A stretch of DNA of 55,598 nt from Candidatus Buchananbacteria bacterium. GTDB lineage: Bacteria; Patescibacteriota; Patescibacteriia; 2-01-FULL-39-33. The position numbers were made by a program, and so were the translations under genes. The notes beneath the pieces are model-generated. The model was given only the letters and a program-made list of their open reading frames with translations, ran no database searches and was not told the DNA's origin. Positions 55,366 through 55,598 of the stretch are shown piece by piece. Numbering within the stretch: position 1 is the first letter of the stretch; the number at the start of each line of letters is the position of its first letter. The stretch is taken from contig CAISTG010000038.1 of NCBI GenBank assembly GCA_903888345.1, forward strand, positions 1 to 55,598, read 5' to 3'.

Positions 55366-55598
55366 ATTTATCTAAATTTAGACACTTTTTTAGTATTTAT
55401 TACACTTTTAATTCGTAATATATTATTATATCATAGCTACGCAATTTTGTCAATAGAATGTACAGTTAACATCAAAGGGTGACATTTTGGTAAGATAAGG
55501 GTGACACTGTTAACTCACCTAAACTTAGCAAAATATATGCCAGGATCAAAGCTTAGCGCCCCTCAAGAAATAAGGTTCAGATGGTATCGTCAGGTCGA

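Overview
This is chromosomal DNA that looks like Patescibacteria/CPR (Parcubacteria-like). That call is an inference from the gene repertoire, the SD-less core genes and the large S-layer-like protein. Core content: an ECF sigma factor with a DUF5667-type partner, a 1140-aa secreted S-layer-like protein behind a ~300-nt multibranched leader, a DinJ/YafQ-type toxin-antitoxin pair, a secreted lipase with a small membrane partner, an ABC exporter, FtsB-like, SurA/PrsA-like and RlpA-like proteins, ftsEX, tRNA-Thr(CGT) and tRNA-Gly(CCC), a WecA/TagO-type transferase, cysS, uvrA, an Rrf2-iscU-nifU-iscS cluster, a type IV pilus operon and a surface-polysaccharide locus. That locus includes an unusual GT4 + TM + glycoside-hydrolase-like + FG-GAP fusion. 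The most striking unexplained pattern is a second class of interspersed accessory transcription units. Unlike the core genes, they carry strong Shine-Dalgarno sites, mostly their own TTGACA-N17 promoter and terminator, and usually a boxA-like leader motif. They encode a small-alarmone-hydrolase-like HD protein, an Apyc1-like MBL phosphodiesterase, split CoaB/CoaC, a GC-rich lipoprotein and small Cys-rich or coiled-coil proteins. Several REP/MITE-like palindromes, a 38-bp direct repeat around the TA module and a G-free heptamer array in the isc operon are also present. No CRISPR array, rRNA, integrase or transposase was seen. All product calls come from motif recognition, not database searches.
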